Shown one piece after another: positions 55,042 to 64,000 of a DNA stretch of 64,000 bases. Source of the stretch: Gammaproteobacteria bacterium (GTDB taxonomy: Bacteria; Pseudomonadota; Gammaproteobacteria; Eutrophobiales; Eutrophobiaceae). Every line of letters begins with the position of its first letter. The first letter of the stretch is position 1. Location: NCBI GenBank assembly GCA_026710545.1, contig JAPOQU010000108.1:8196-72195 (forward strand). Reading direction: 5' to 3'. A program made the translations under genes and the position numbers. The notes under the pieces are model-generated. The model did not search any database. It saw nothing but the letters and a program-made list of their open reading frames with translations, and was not told the origin of the DNA.

Positions 55042-56901
55042 TCAAATCACCAGCTTGCGCAATCTCTTGCCGCCGTAGATCAGGTTGACGATGCTCCGGG
55101 TCACCATGATCGCGGTGAACATGGAGCAGACTATCCCCAGGGACAGGGTCACGGCGAAGCCCTTGATCGGCCCGGTGCCGAAACTGAACAGTACGATGGC
55201 GGCAAACAGGGTAGTAATATTGGCGTCGGCGATGGTGGTAAACGCTTTTTCATAACCGGCATGGATACTGGCCTGGGGCGAGTTGCCGTTCCTGATCTCT
55301 TCCCGGATGCGCTGGAAGATGAGCACGTTGGCGTCTACCGCCATACCCACGGTCAGCACGATCCCGGCGATACCGGGCAGGGTCAGGGTCGCCTGCAACA
55401 TCGACAGCAGGGCAACGATCAGCACCAGGTTCAGCGCCAGCGCCACGTCGGCGGCCAGGCCGAACGCCTTGTACCAGAGGACCATGAAAATCAGCACCAG
55501 GACAAAACCGATTTTTACCGACGTGAAACCCTTGTCGATATTATCTTGGCCGAGACTGGGGCCAACCGTGCGCTCCTCGATGATCTCGATGGGCGCAGCC
55601 AGGGCGCCGGCCCGCAGCAGCAGGGCCAGGTTGCGGGATTCCTCAGTGGAATCCAGGCCGGTGATCTGGAAGCGTTTACCCAGTTGCTCGCGGATGGTGG
55701 CCACGTTGATCACTTCTTCGATGGTTTCCTTGCGCTTCACCATTTCGCCGTCCTGTTCGACGGTCTCCGTCTTGTTCTCGATAAACACTACGGCCATGTT
55801 CCTGCCCACTTCCTCGGCAGTGGCATCGCTGAACCGCTTCGCGCCCTTGCCGTCAAGGGTGATGGACACGTTGGGACTGCCGGAGACAGAGTCAAAGCCG
55901 GCCGCGGCGTCGATGATATAGTCGCCGGTGAGCATGATCTGTTTCTTCAGCAGGACCGGGTTGCCGGAACGCTCGTAATACAGCCTGGAACCGGCCGGCA
56001 CCCGGCCGTCCAGGGCATCCTGCACGTCGCGTTCCTCATCGGTCATGCGGAACTCCAGGGTCGCCGTCGCGCCAAGGATGTCCTTTGCCCTGGCAGTATC
56101 CTGTACCCCCGGAAGCTGAACGACCACCCGCTCCAGTCCCTGTTGCTGGATAACCGGCTCGGCCACGCCCAGTTCGTTCACGCGTTTGCGCAGGGTAGTG
56201 ATGTTCTGCTGCAGGGCCAGGCGCCGGGTTTCCGTTACGCTGCTGTCGCTTAACCGGGCCAACAGGGGGAATTCATCATTCTCCGCCTCGGGCTGCTCGA
56301 GCTCCAGGTCCGGGAAGTTATCCTCTATCACGGTGATTCCCAGCCCGCGCTGCTCAGCATCGCGGAACCGGATCAGTAACCCGCCGTCCCTGCGCCGGAT
56401 GATGGTCCTGTAGCGAATCCGCTCATCCCGAAGTTGGGTCCTGATATCCGACACGTAGCGTTCCTCCGCCTTGGAGACAGCGGCTTCCATATCCACCTCC
56501 ATCAGGAAATGCACACCTCCGCGCAGGTCCAGGCCGAGGAACATGGGTTCGGCGCCCAGAGACCGCAACCAGTCCGGCGTAGCCGGCGCCAGGTTCAGGG
56601 CCACGGTATAGGAACGCCCCAGCGCATCCTTTACTACGTCCTGGGCCTTGAGCTGGGTTTCCGTATCCTGGAACCTGACCACCAGGTTGCCCGTCGCAAC
56701 GCTTATCTCACCGTATTTGATATCCGCATTGTCCAGCGCATCTTCTATGGAAAACCGGGTCAGTTCACTGATTTCACCGCCCCGCGAAGCCGAGACCTGC
56801 AGGGCCGGGTCCTTGCCGTACAGGTTGGGCAACGCAAACAGGCAGCCGACCGCAATAACGATGATGATCAGCAGGTATTTCCAGACGGGGTAACGGTTCA
56901 T
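55042..56901 (-). CDS. secD: protein translocase subunit SecD
   Basis: MNRYP, LGLDLRGG, RVNELGVAEP and GMAVDANVLI motifs; ATG 56901 (or TTG 56907). Confidence 0.96.
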   Translation of the reverse strand: MNRYPVWKYLLIIIVIAVGCLFALPNLYGKDPALQVSASRGGEISELTRFSIEDALDNADIKYGEISVATGNLVVRFQDTETQLKAQDVVKDALGRSYTVALNLAPATPDWLRSLGAEPMFLGLDLRGGVHFLMEVDMEAAVSKAEERYVSDIRTQLRDERIRYRTIIRRRDGGLLIRFRDAEQRGLGITVIEDNFPDLELEQPEAENDEFPLLARLSDSSVTETRRLALQQNITTLRKRVNELGVAEPVIQQQGLERVVVQLPGVQDTARAKDILGATATLEFRMTDEERDVQDALDGRVPAGSRLYYERSGNPVLLKKQIMLTGDYIIDAAAGFDSVSGSPNVSITLDGKGAKRFSDATAEEVGRNMAVVFIENKTETVEQDGEMVKRKETIEEVINVATIREQLGKRFQITGLDSTEESRNLALLLRAGALAAPIEIIEERTVGPSLGQDNIDKGFTSVKIGFVLVLIFMVLWYKAFGLAADVALALNLVLIVALLSMLQATLTLPGIAGIVLTVGMAVDANVLIFQRIREEIRNGNSPQASIHAGYEKAFTTIADANITTLFAAIVLFSFGTGPIKGFAVTLSLGIVCSMFTAIMVTRSIVNLIYGGKRLRKLVI

Positions 56902-56915
56902 GGACAACTGATGGG

Positions 56916-56942
56916 AATTAAGAATTAAGAATTAGGAATTTG
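56916..56942. repeat. heptamer array between yajC and secD
   Basis: AATTAAG AATTAAG AATTAGG AATTTG. Confidence 0.85.
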
Positions 56943-56987
56943 AAGTGGCAGTCCACAGGCGGTTGAAATGATGTAACAACGCTCTGG

Positions 56988-57314
56988 TCAGAGCGTTTTC
57001 AGGGTTCCCTTGGGCAGGACCGCGGAAACGGCCTGCTTCTGTACCTTGACTTCCGTTTCCTTCGCTATTTCCAGCACGATGAAATTATCTCCTACCTGGT
57101 TGATTTTCCCCAGAACACCGCCGTTGGTGACCACTTCATCGCCCTTCGTCAAACCGCTCACCAGTGCCTTGTGCTCCTTGGCCTGCTTCATCTGCGGCCG
57201 GATCAGGAAGAAATAAAAAATGACGAAGAACAGGACCATCATGAACAGGAAAGAACCACCGCCCCCCTGTCCGGCGCCCTGTGCCCATGCGTCGTTTATG
57301 AAGAAATCAAACAT
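56988..57314 (-). CDS. yajC: preprotein translocase subunit YajC
   Basis: FYFFLIRPQ, GDEVVTNGG and VLPKGT motifs. Confidence 0.95.
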   Translation of the reverse strand: MFDFFINDAWAQGAGQGGGGSFLFMMVLFFVIFYFFLIRPQMKQAKEHKALVSGLTKGDEVVTNGGVLGKINQVGDNFIVLEIAKETEVKVQKQAVSAVLPKGTLKTL

Positions 57315-57344
57315 TGTTCCGATGCCTGCTGAAATAAGGGCGGC

Positions 57345-57353
57345 ATTATATCA
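57345..57353 (-). promoter_or_regulatory. extended -10 promoter of yajC-secDF
   Basis: Minus strand TGATATAAT, 30 nt upstream of the yajC ATG. Confidence 0.6.
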
Positions 57354-57394
57354 CAACAAGAGAAATGGCAGTTTTTGAATAGTGCTGGGGGGAG

Positions 57395-60136
57395 CTAATT
57401 TTTACCCACCCGCACCGCGCAGAACTTGAACTCGGGGATCTTGCCGAACGGATCCAGGGCGTCGTTGGTGAGCACGTTTGCGGCTGCTTCGTGGTAGGTG
57501 AACGGCATCATCACCACGCCCTGCTGCATGCCTTCGTCGACGCGGGTGGCTACGTTGAGCCTGCCGCGCCGTGATTCAATGGCCAGCAGGTCGCCCGATT
57601 CCATATCCAGGGAGCGCAGGTCCCCGGGGTTGACCAGGATATACGGCCAGGGTTCGATGGTATTCAATACCCTGGAATGGCGCGTCATGGTGCCGGTATG
57701 CCAGTGTTCCAGTTGTCTTCCCGTCATGAAAATAAAGGGGTAGTCGTCATCGGGCAATTCTGCCGCCTCGATATAATCCGCCGCGATAAAACGCCCCCTG
57801 CCGTTCTCCGTCGGGAAACTGCCGCCCTTGAAAATGACCGGTTCGCCCGGGTCGCCCTCCCGGGTTAACGGATAGGTCAGTGAATCATCCTGTTCCAGGC
57901 GCTGCCAGGTCATGCCCGCCATACTGGGCACGGCCTGCCGGATTTCCTCGAACACCTTCTCCGGTCCCGGATAATCCCAGTCAAGACCGAGACGCCGGGC
58001 CAGTTCCTGGATGATCCACAGGTCCTGGCGCGCATCACCGGGCGGGTTGACGGCCTCTCTGCCCAGTTGCACGCGCCGGTCGGTATTGGTATAGGTGCCG
58101 GTTTTCTCCGGAAACGCCGAAGCCGGCAGGATGATGTCGGCAAACCCGCAGGTTTCGGTGAAGAATATATCCTGGACCACCAGGTGCTGCAGCCTGGTCA
58201 ATGCCTCCCTGGCGTGATTCAGGTTCGGGTCGGACATGGCGGGGTTCTCTCCCATGATGTACATGCCCGTGATTTCCCGTTCATGCACGCCGTGCATGAT
58301 CTCGACCACCGTCTTGCCGGCGTCCGGGTTCAGTTGCATCCCCCAGAGCTGCTCGAACCTGTGTCTCGTTTCCGGGTCCTGCACCGGCTGGTAATCGGGA
58401 TACACCATCGGGATCAGGCCCATGTCGGAAGCCCCCTGCACGTTGTTCTGCCCGCGTAACGGGTGCAGGCCGGTGCCGGGACGGCCAATCTGTCCGGTCA
58501 TCAGCGCCAGCGAGATCAGGCAGCGGGCGTTATCCGTCCCGTGCACGTGCTGGGATATGCCCATGCCCCAGAAAATGATCGCGGTTTTTGCCGTGGCATA
58601 AAGGCGCGCCACCTCCTTTATCTTCTCAGCGGCGATACCGCAGATGGGCGCCACCTGTTCCGGACTGTACTCCTGCACTGTCTCCATGAGTGCGGCGAAG
58701 CCCTCGGTATGCGCATCTATGAACGAGCGGTCGTGCAAGCCCTCGTTGATAATCGTGTGCATCATGCCGTTCAGCAGCAGCACGTCGGTGCCGGGCCGCA
58801 GTTGCAGGAATGCGTGGGCATGCAGGTACATCTCGGAACTGTAAGGTTCGATCACGATCAGCTTGCTGCCGTTTTCGGCCGCATTTTTCATGAACGTGGC
58901 CGCCACCGGATGGTTGTCATTGGGACGGGCGCCTATCACGATAATGACTTCAGCCTGTGTACCGTCTGCCACCTGGTTGGAGACCGCGCCCGAGCCGATG
59001 GTTTCCAGCAGTGCGGCAACCGAGGAGGCATGGCACAGGCGGGTACAGTGATCGACGTTATTGGTGACGAAGGCGGTCCGCACCAGTTTCTGGAACAGGT
59101 AGGCTTCTTCGTTACTGCCTTTGGCGCAGCCGAAACCGGCCAGGGCCTGTGAGCCCTGCGAGTCGCGGATTGAACGCAGGCCGTCCGCTGCGGCCTCCAG
59201 CGCCTCCTCCCAGGTCGCTTCGCGGAAATAACGGTGCAGCGCCCGGGACGGGATAATCTCCGTGGTCTTGGGTGTGCCCGGCTTCCGGATCAGCGGCCTC
59301 GTCAGGCGCCCGGGGTGGTGCACGAAATCGAAGCCGTAACGTCCCTTGACGCACAGGCGGCCCTGGTTGGACGGGCCGTCCCGGCCTTCCACGTATTGTA
59401 TATGGTCGTTCTTTACGTTGAACGTCAACAGGCAACCTACGCCGCAGTAAGGGCAGACGGAATCGACCTGTTTATCCGGTTTCACCAGGCCCACGTTCCG
59501 GGCCGGCATCAGGGCGCCGGTGGGGCACGCCTGTACGCACTCGCCGCAGGCCACGCAGGTGCTCTCTCCCATCAGGTCGTCCATGTCGAATACGATTTCG
59601 GAGTGCTTGCCGCGCCAGGCATAGCCGATGACGTCGTTCACCTGCTCCTCCCGGCAGGCGCGCACGCAACGGGTACACTGGATACAGGCATCCAGGTTGA
59701 CCGCGATGGCAGGGTGCGACAGGTCCGGCGCTGCCTGCTCCCGTCCCTCGAAGCGGGGGGAGAACACGTTCATCTTTGTCGTCCAGTGGTCCAGCTCTGA
59801 ATCCAGGCGGTAGGGCGATGCACCCTGTTGCGGCATATCCGCCAGCAACAGTTCCAGCACCATTTTCTGCGAGTGCAGCGCACGCCCGGTAGTACTGTGG
59901 ACCTTCATCCCTTCTGCCGGTTTGCGGCAGCAGGACGGCGCCAGGGCGCGTTCCCCTTCTATCTCCACCATGCAGACACGGCAGTTGCCGTCTGCGCGAT
60001 AACCGTCCATGTAACAGAGTCGCGGGATCTCCACACCGTGCCGTTCCGCCGCCTGCAGGATGGTCTCTTCCGCAACGGCCTCGATATCACGCCCGTTCAG
60101 GGAAAACCGGGTTGCTGTTTTATCTTGTTCCTGCAT
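57395..60136 (-). CDS. NAD-linked formate dehydrogenase alpha subunit (Mo/W-bisPGD, Cys ligand)
   Basis: N-terminal 2Fe-2S and 4Fe-4S motifs (CRVC, CIQCTRC, CVACGEC, CPYCGVGC); active site RLCHAS; LRGQNNVQG; KIPEFK end. Confidence 0.93.
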   Translation of the reverse strand: MQEQDKTATRFSLNGRDIEAVAEETILQAAERHGVEIPRLCYMDGYRADGNCRVCMVEIEGERALAPSCCRKPAEGMKVHSTTGRALHSQKMVLELLLADMPQQGASPYRLDSELDHWTTKMNVFSPRFEGREQAAPDLSHPAIAVNLDACIQCTRCVRACREEQVNDVIGYAWRGKHSEIVFDMDDLMGESTCVACGECVQACPTGALMPARNVGLVKPDKQVDSVCPYCGVGCLLTFNVKNDHIQYVEGRDGPSNQGRLCVKGRYGFDFVHHPGRLTRPLIRKPGTPKTTEIIPSRALHRYFREATWEEALEAAADGLRSIRDSQGSQALAGFGCAKGSNEEAYLFQKLVRTAFVTNNVDHCTRLCHASSVAALLETIGSGAVSNQVADGTQAEVIIVIGARPNDNHPVAATFMKNAAENGSKLIVIEPYSSEMYLHAHAFLQLRPGTDVLLLNGMMHTIINEGLHDRSFIDAHTEGFAALMETVQEYSPEQVAPICGIAAEKIKEVARLYATAKTAIIFWGMGISQHVHGTDNARCLISLALMTGQIGRPGTGLHPLRGQNNVQGASDMGLIPMVYPDYQPVQDPETRHRFEQLWGMQLNPDAGKTVVEIMHGVHEREITGMYIMGENPAMSDPNLNHAREALTRLQHLVVQDIFFTETCGFADIILPASAFPEKTGTYTNTDRRVQLGREAVNPPGDARQDLWIIQELARRLGLDWDYPGPEKVFEEIRQAVPSMAGMTWQRLEQDDSLTYPLTREGDPGEPVIFKGGSFPTENGRGRFIAADYIEAAELPDDDYPFIFMTGRQLEHWHTGTMTRHSRVLNTIEPWPYILVNPGDLRSLDMESGDLLAIESRRGRLNVATRVDEGMQQGVVMMPFTYHEAAANVLTNDALDPFGKIPEFKFCAVRVGKN

Positions 60137-60154
60137 TTATAAAATTTAAAATAA

Positions 60155-60183
60155 ATCTGCGTTAATCTGCGCCATCTGCGGAT
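60155..60183. repeat. ATCTGCG triad (copy 2) between the FDH subunit genes
   Basis: ATCTGCGTTA ATCTGCGCC ATCTGCGGAT. Confidence 0.9.
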
Positions 60184-60187
60184 GGAA

Positions 60188-61852
60188 TCACGAAAACTCC
60201 CCCGGAAAATACCTCATGGCGCAACGCAACGGGTTGGGCGCAGCCTGCCCCAGTCCGCAGATGGAGGCATCTTCCATGGCCTGCGCCAGGTCTTCCAGCA
60301 GCAGCCGGTCCCATTCGGGTTTTTCCATCAGTTTCACCGCCTTGGCCGTCCCCGCCCGGCAGGGAGTGCACTGGCCGCAGGATTCATCCTCGAAAAAGCG
60401 CATGGCATTCAAGGCCAGGGCGCGGGCGCTGTCCCGGTCCGACAGTATGATGACTGCGGCGGAACCGATAAAGCAGCCGTGCTCCTGCAGGGTATCGAAA
60501 TCCAGCGGCACATCGCCCAGCGATGCAGGCAGGATTCCGCCGGAGGCGCCGCCCGGGAAATAGCCGTAAAACTCGTGCCCCGGCAACATGCCGCCGCAGT
60601 ATTCCCCGATCAGTTCCCGTACGGTAATGCCGGCGGGCGCCAGGTGAACCCCGGGGTTTTGTACCCGGCCGCTGACGGAGAAAGAGCGCAGGCCCTTGCG
60701 CCCGTGCCGGCCGTGAGAAGTGAAAAACTCCGGCCCGTGTTCGACTATGTCCCGTACCCAATGCAGGGTTTCCATGTTCTGTTCCAGAGTGGGGCGGTTG
60801 AACAGGCCCACCTCGGCGATGTAGGGAGGGCGCAGGCGCGGCATTCCGCGCTTGCCCTCTATGGATTCAAGCATGGCGGATTCTTCCCCGCAGATATAGG
60901 CTCCGGCGCCGCGCCGCAGGTGGATCGGGGGCAGCGGGCAGGGCGGGTCCCGTTGCAGCGCCGCCAGTTCTGCTTGCAGCAGGTTGCGGCAACCTGCATA
61001 TTCGTCGCGCAGGTAGATGTAGACCGCCTCAGCGTCAATGGCCCAGCATGCGATCAATGCGCCTTCGATAAAGCGGTGCGGGTCGCGTTCCAGGAAGTAA
61101 CGGTCCTTGAAAGTCCCGGGTTCGCCCTCGTCGGCGTTGACTGCGACCAGGCGCGGGCGGGGTTGCTCGCGCAGGATGCGCCATTTCCTGCCTGCCGGAA
61201 AACCGGCCCCGCCCAGGCCGCGCAGGTTGGCGCTTTCCAGCGCGGTGATGATCTGTTCCGGCTCATGTTGCCCGTCCATGCACTCCTTCAATAGCCTGTA
61301 GCCGCCTTCCTCCCGGTAGCGGGAGTAGCGCACGGCATCGGGTTCCGGGCAGCGCATTTCCCCGTCATCCAGGGCAGCTGCCACCGTTGCCGGCTGCGCA
61401 TGCTCTATCGGGTTGGTGCCGACCACTGCGACCGGCGCGGCCTGGCAGCGTCCCACGCACGGAACGGGCTGAATCCTCACCTCGCCGGCGTCAGTCGCAG
61501 CACGCAGTTCATCGATCAGGTTGCCGGCGCCGAACATCTCGCAGGTCAGCGATTCACACACCCGCACCGTGAGTGCCGGCGGCGGCGTTTCGTTGGCCTG
61601 CAACACGTCGAAATGATGGTAAAACGTGGCGGTTTCATAGACCTCTGCCATCGGCAGTTCCATCTCGATGGCCAGCGCCAGCAGGTGGCGATGCGACAGG
61701 TGCCCGTAGTGGTCCTGCAGTTTGTGCAGGTGCTCGACCAGCAGGTCGCGGGAACGCGCAGCGTCGCCCAGCAGGTCGCGGACATCGGCCAGCGCCTTTT
61801 GGGGTGTGATACGGCCCTGGATGCGGCCCTTCTTGCCGCGCATGCGTTTCAT
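60188..61852 (-). CDS. formate dehydrogenase beta (diaphorase) subunit, NuoE+NuoF-like fusion
   Basis: NuoE-like ATFYHHF, VRVCESLTC and CVGRC; NuoF-like GLGGAGFP, NADEGEPGTFKD, GAYICGEE and ESCGQCTPCR. Confidence 0.9.
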   Translation of the reverse strand: MKRMRGKKGRIQGRITPQKALADVRDLLGDAARSRDLLVEHLHKLQDHYGHLSHRHLLALAIEMELPMAEVYETATFYHHFDVLQANETPPPALTVRVCESLTCEMFGAGNLIDELRAATDAGEVRIQPVPCVGRCQAAPVAVVGTNPIEHAQPATVAAALDDGEMRCPEPDAVRYSRYREEGGYRLLKECMDGQHEPEQIITALESANLRGLGGAGFPAGRKWRILREQPRPRLVAVNADEGEPGTFKDRYFLERDPHRFIEGALIACWAIDAEAVYIYLRDEYAGCRNLLQAELAALQRDPPCPLPPIHLRRGAGAYICGEESAMLESIEGKRGMPRLRPPYIAEVGLFNRPTLEQNMETLHWVRDIVEHGPEFFTSHGRHGRKGLRSFSVSGRVQNPGVHLAPAGITVRELIGEYCGGMLPGHEFYGYFPGGASGGILPASLGDVPLDFDTLQEHGCFIGSAAVIILSDRDSARALALNAMRFFEDESCGQCTPCRAGTAKAVKLMEKPEWDRLLLEDLAQAMEDASICGLGQAAPNPLRCAMRYFPGEFS

Positions 61853-62057
61853 AACTTGCTGTTAATCCAGTGGAAAAGTCAGGCTACAGCTCTCGAACTA
61901 TTATCGGCTTGAAATCCGGTTACGGGTACTGCCGGCGCGTCACGGATTGAGCCGTGTACGACAGAATACGGCTGAATCCGGACCAAAAATATAAAACCGT
62001 GCGATCACTTTGTAATATAATCCTATTGGTAAACTCTTTATAGACTGGAGATAAATT

Positions 62058-63419
62058 ATGAAACAGCTTACCGGCTCTGCGTATTTTATTGTCTTTGCTT
62101 TCCTGCTGTCAATCTTTCCCATTGCATCGGCAGATGAAACCTGCATGTCGCCGTACATGGCAAAAATTGTCGGCCAGGAGGATTTTGTCTACGTCTGGAC
62201 CCTGGGTATGGAAGGTCTTGGGGATGAGCAGGACAAACTGGTTACCGTGGACGTCAATCCAAAATCCGAAAACTACGGCAAGGTAATAAACACGCTGTCG
62301 GTGGGTGGGCGCAACGAAGCCCATCACTCGGGTCTGACCGATGACCGGCGTTACCTGTGGGCGTCAGGCCTTGATACCAACAAGATTTTTATTTTTGATG
62401 TGCATACGGACCCGGCCAAACCCCGGCTGCACAAGACCATAAGCAATTTTGTGGCGCAGAGCGGCGGCGTGGTCGGCCCGCACACCAGTTATGCCATGCC
62501 CGGCAGGATGCTTATCACCGGGCTGTCCAATGACAAGGACCACGGCGGGGTCACGGGCATGGTGGAATATACCAACGAAGGGGAATACATCGCGACTTAC
62601 TGGATGCCCACCGACGCTGACCTGCAGGGCGCGGTCAAGGGCGGCAATTTCGCCGACGGTTATGGCTATGACGTGCGCGTGCTGCCGCGCCGCAACGTCA
62701 TGGTGACCTCGTCGTTTACCGGCTGGAATAACTACATGATGGACCTGGGCCAGATGATGGCAGACCCGGAAGCCATGCAGCGTTTCGGCAATACCGTCGT
62801 TATCTGGGACCTGCATAAACGCCAGCCGAAAAAGGTACTGGACGTGCCCGGCGCGCCGCTTGAAGTTCGTTGCGCCTGGGGGTCACAGAACAATTATTGC
62901 TTCACCACTACCGCCCTCACGTCCAAGATCTGGCTGATCTACGAAGATGACAGCGGCGACTGGCAGGCCAAACCGGTTGCCGATATCGGCGTTGCCGAGC
63001 AGATACCGTTGCCCGTGGACATCTCCATTGCGGCGGACGATTCGCTGCTGTGGGTGGATACCTGGAACGACGGCATGACCCGGGTGTTCGACATCAGCGA
63101 CCCGCATGATGCGAAGGAAATCTACACGGAAAAGATCGGCGCCCAGATCAACATGCTGTCCCAGAGCTGGGACGGCAAACGGGTCTATTTCACCTCTTCC
63201 CTGCTGTCCAACTGGGACAAGCAGCAGGCGGAAGAAGGCGACCTGCAGTATTTCAAGTCATATACCTGGGACGGGGAAAAACTGACCATGCAGTTCTCCA
63301 TAGACTTTATAGCCGCGAAGCTGGGTATGCCGCACCAGATGCGCTTCGGTTCCTACGCACTGTATGCGAAAAACCGGCCTGCCGGGGAGAACAGGGTCGT
63401 AACCGCCGCGGCCAGGTAG
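62058..63419 (+). CDS. mtoX: periplasmic methanethiol oxidase (SELENBP1/SBP56 family)
   Basis: Signal peptide, then DETCMSPY...GQEDFVYVWTLG, EAHH, GPH, SSFTGW, SWDGKRVYFTSSLLSNWD and HQMRF; followed by a SCO gene as in mto clusters. Confidence 0.85.
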   Translation: MKQLTGSAYFIVFAFLLSIFPIASADETCMSPYMAKIVGQEDFVYVWTLGMEGLGDEQDKLVTVDVNPKSENYGKVINTLSVGGRNEAHHSGLTDDRRYLWASGLDTNKIFIFDVHTDPAKPRLHKTISNFVAQSGGVVGPHTSYAMPGRMLITGLSNDKDHGGVTGMVEYTNEGEYIATYWMPTDADLQGAVKGGNFADGYGYDVRVLPRRNVMVTSSFTGWNNYMMDLGQMMADPEAMQRFGNTVVIWDLHKRQPKKVLDVPGAPLEVRCAWGSQNNYCFTTTALTSKIWLIYEDDSGDWQAKPVADIGVAEQIPLPVDISIAADDSLLWVDTWNDGMTRVFDISDPHDAKEIYTEKIGAQINMLSQSWDGKRVYFTSSLLSNWDKQQAEEGDLQYFKSYTWDGEKLTMQFSIDFIAAKLGMPHQMRFGSYALYAKNRPAGENRVVTAAAR

Positions 63420-63436
63420 TGAAATGACGGAATGGG

Positions 63437-64000
63437 GTGAAACGTAAGGTCTTAACACCGGCCGTTATCCTGGCGGCCGGCGTTTTTCATTTTATCCTGA
63501 CCCCGACACTGCCTGCGCAAAACCAGCACGAGCACGACGCGCCGGCGCAGATCCTGGCGCCGGGTTACCGCGTCCTTGAATATGACGCGCCCGAACCGGG
63601 CACTTACCGGCTTCCCCCGCTGGGCAAGGCGGGTAGCGGAACAGTCCTGGACGAACAGGGCGAGGCTCGTCCGCTCGATGACTATTTCGGTGACAAGTTC
63701 GTGGTCCTCAGCTTTATTTACACGAACTGTAACGACGTCAACGGCTGTCCCCTGGCGACCTTCGTCCTGGGACAGTTGCAGCAGCGCCTGGACCGGGACA
63801 GTGATCTGCGGGACCAGGTGCGGATGATCAGTCTCAGCTTCGACCCCGGTTTCGACACGCCAACGGTGATGACGAAATACGGCAGGCAGTTCAACCGGGA
63901 TAATTACGACTGGCGTTTCCTGACCACGGCCTCGACCCAGCAATTACAACCCCTGCTCCAGGGGTTCAACCAGCCGGTGCAGAAGGAATACAGCGAAACC
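63437..64000 (+). CDS. SCO1/SenC copper chaperone (3'-truncated by window edge; not in the ORF track)
   Basis: Manual translation from GTG 63437 is open to the window end: signal-like N terminus, SFIYTNCNDVNGCP, SLSFDPGFDTP and WRFLT. Confidence 0.85.
   Translation, partial: MKRKVLTPAVILAAGVFHFILTPTLPAQNQHEHDAPAQILAPGYRVLEYDAPEPGTYRLPPLGKAGSGTVLDEQGEARPLDDYFGDKFVVLSFIYTNCNDVNGCPLATFVLGQLQQRLDRDSDLRDQVRMISLSFDPGFDTPTVMTKYGRQFNRDNYDWRFLTTASTQQLQPLLQGFNQPVQKEYSET

Noticed and set aside
57395-60136. Selenocysteine formate dehydrogenase
   Set aside because: The ORF is uninterrupted and the active-site residue is Cys (RLCHAS); there is no in-frame TGA.
61853-62057. Moco/Wco riboswitch upstream of FDH
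   Set aside because: I could not recognise the conserved motif by eye; an Infernal scan would be needed.
62058-63419. Selenoprotein or selenium-utilisation system
   Set aside because: Selenium-binding is only the family name; there is no in-frame TGA, and the SCO context fits methanethiol oxidase.

Overview
A core chromosomal segment of a Gammaproteobacterium, moderately GC-rich. It contains, in order: the 3' part of petC and sspA; the dolP-gmhA-yraN-lpoA/rsmI block; an inserted DoxX + gcvP-gcvT segment; RNase P RNA; a complete dcw cluster (mraZ to ftsZ, lpxC); dciA, an M23 peptidase, secA, argJ and a Nudix/TMP fusion; zapD-coaE-pilD; clpB-pgeF-rluD; degS; hisD-hisG-murA-ibaG-mlaC; an MMPL transporter, DUF4399, purN and pdxB; secF-secD-yajC; a two-subunit NAD-linked formate dehydrogenase; and, divergently, a methanethiol oxidase (MtoX/SELENBP1 family) plus a SCO protein. 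I found no CRISPR array, prophage, transposase, rRNA or tRNA. The unexplained signal is non-coding: at least four recurring families of tiny repeats or palindromes sit at gene junctions of essential operons. They are AATTA(C/G/A)G heptamer arrays, 9-10-nt-period triads, GGGG(A/T)CAGA palindromes and a dRS3-like hairpin. Several supply stop codons or C-terminal peptides to host genes, appear to lie in frame inside genes, or occupy the Shine-Dalgarno position. No mobilizing gene is present in the window. Product calls come from motif recognition and gene order only; no database search was run.
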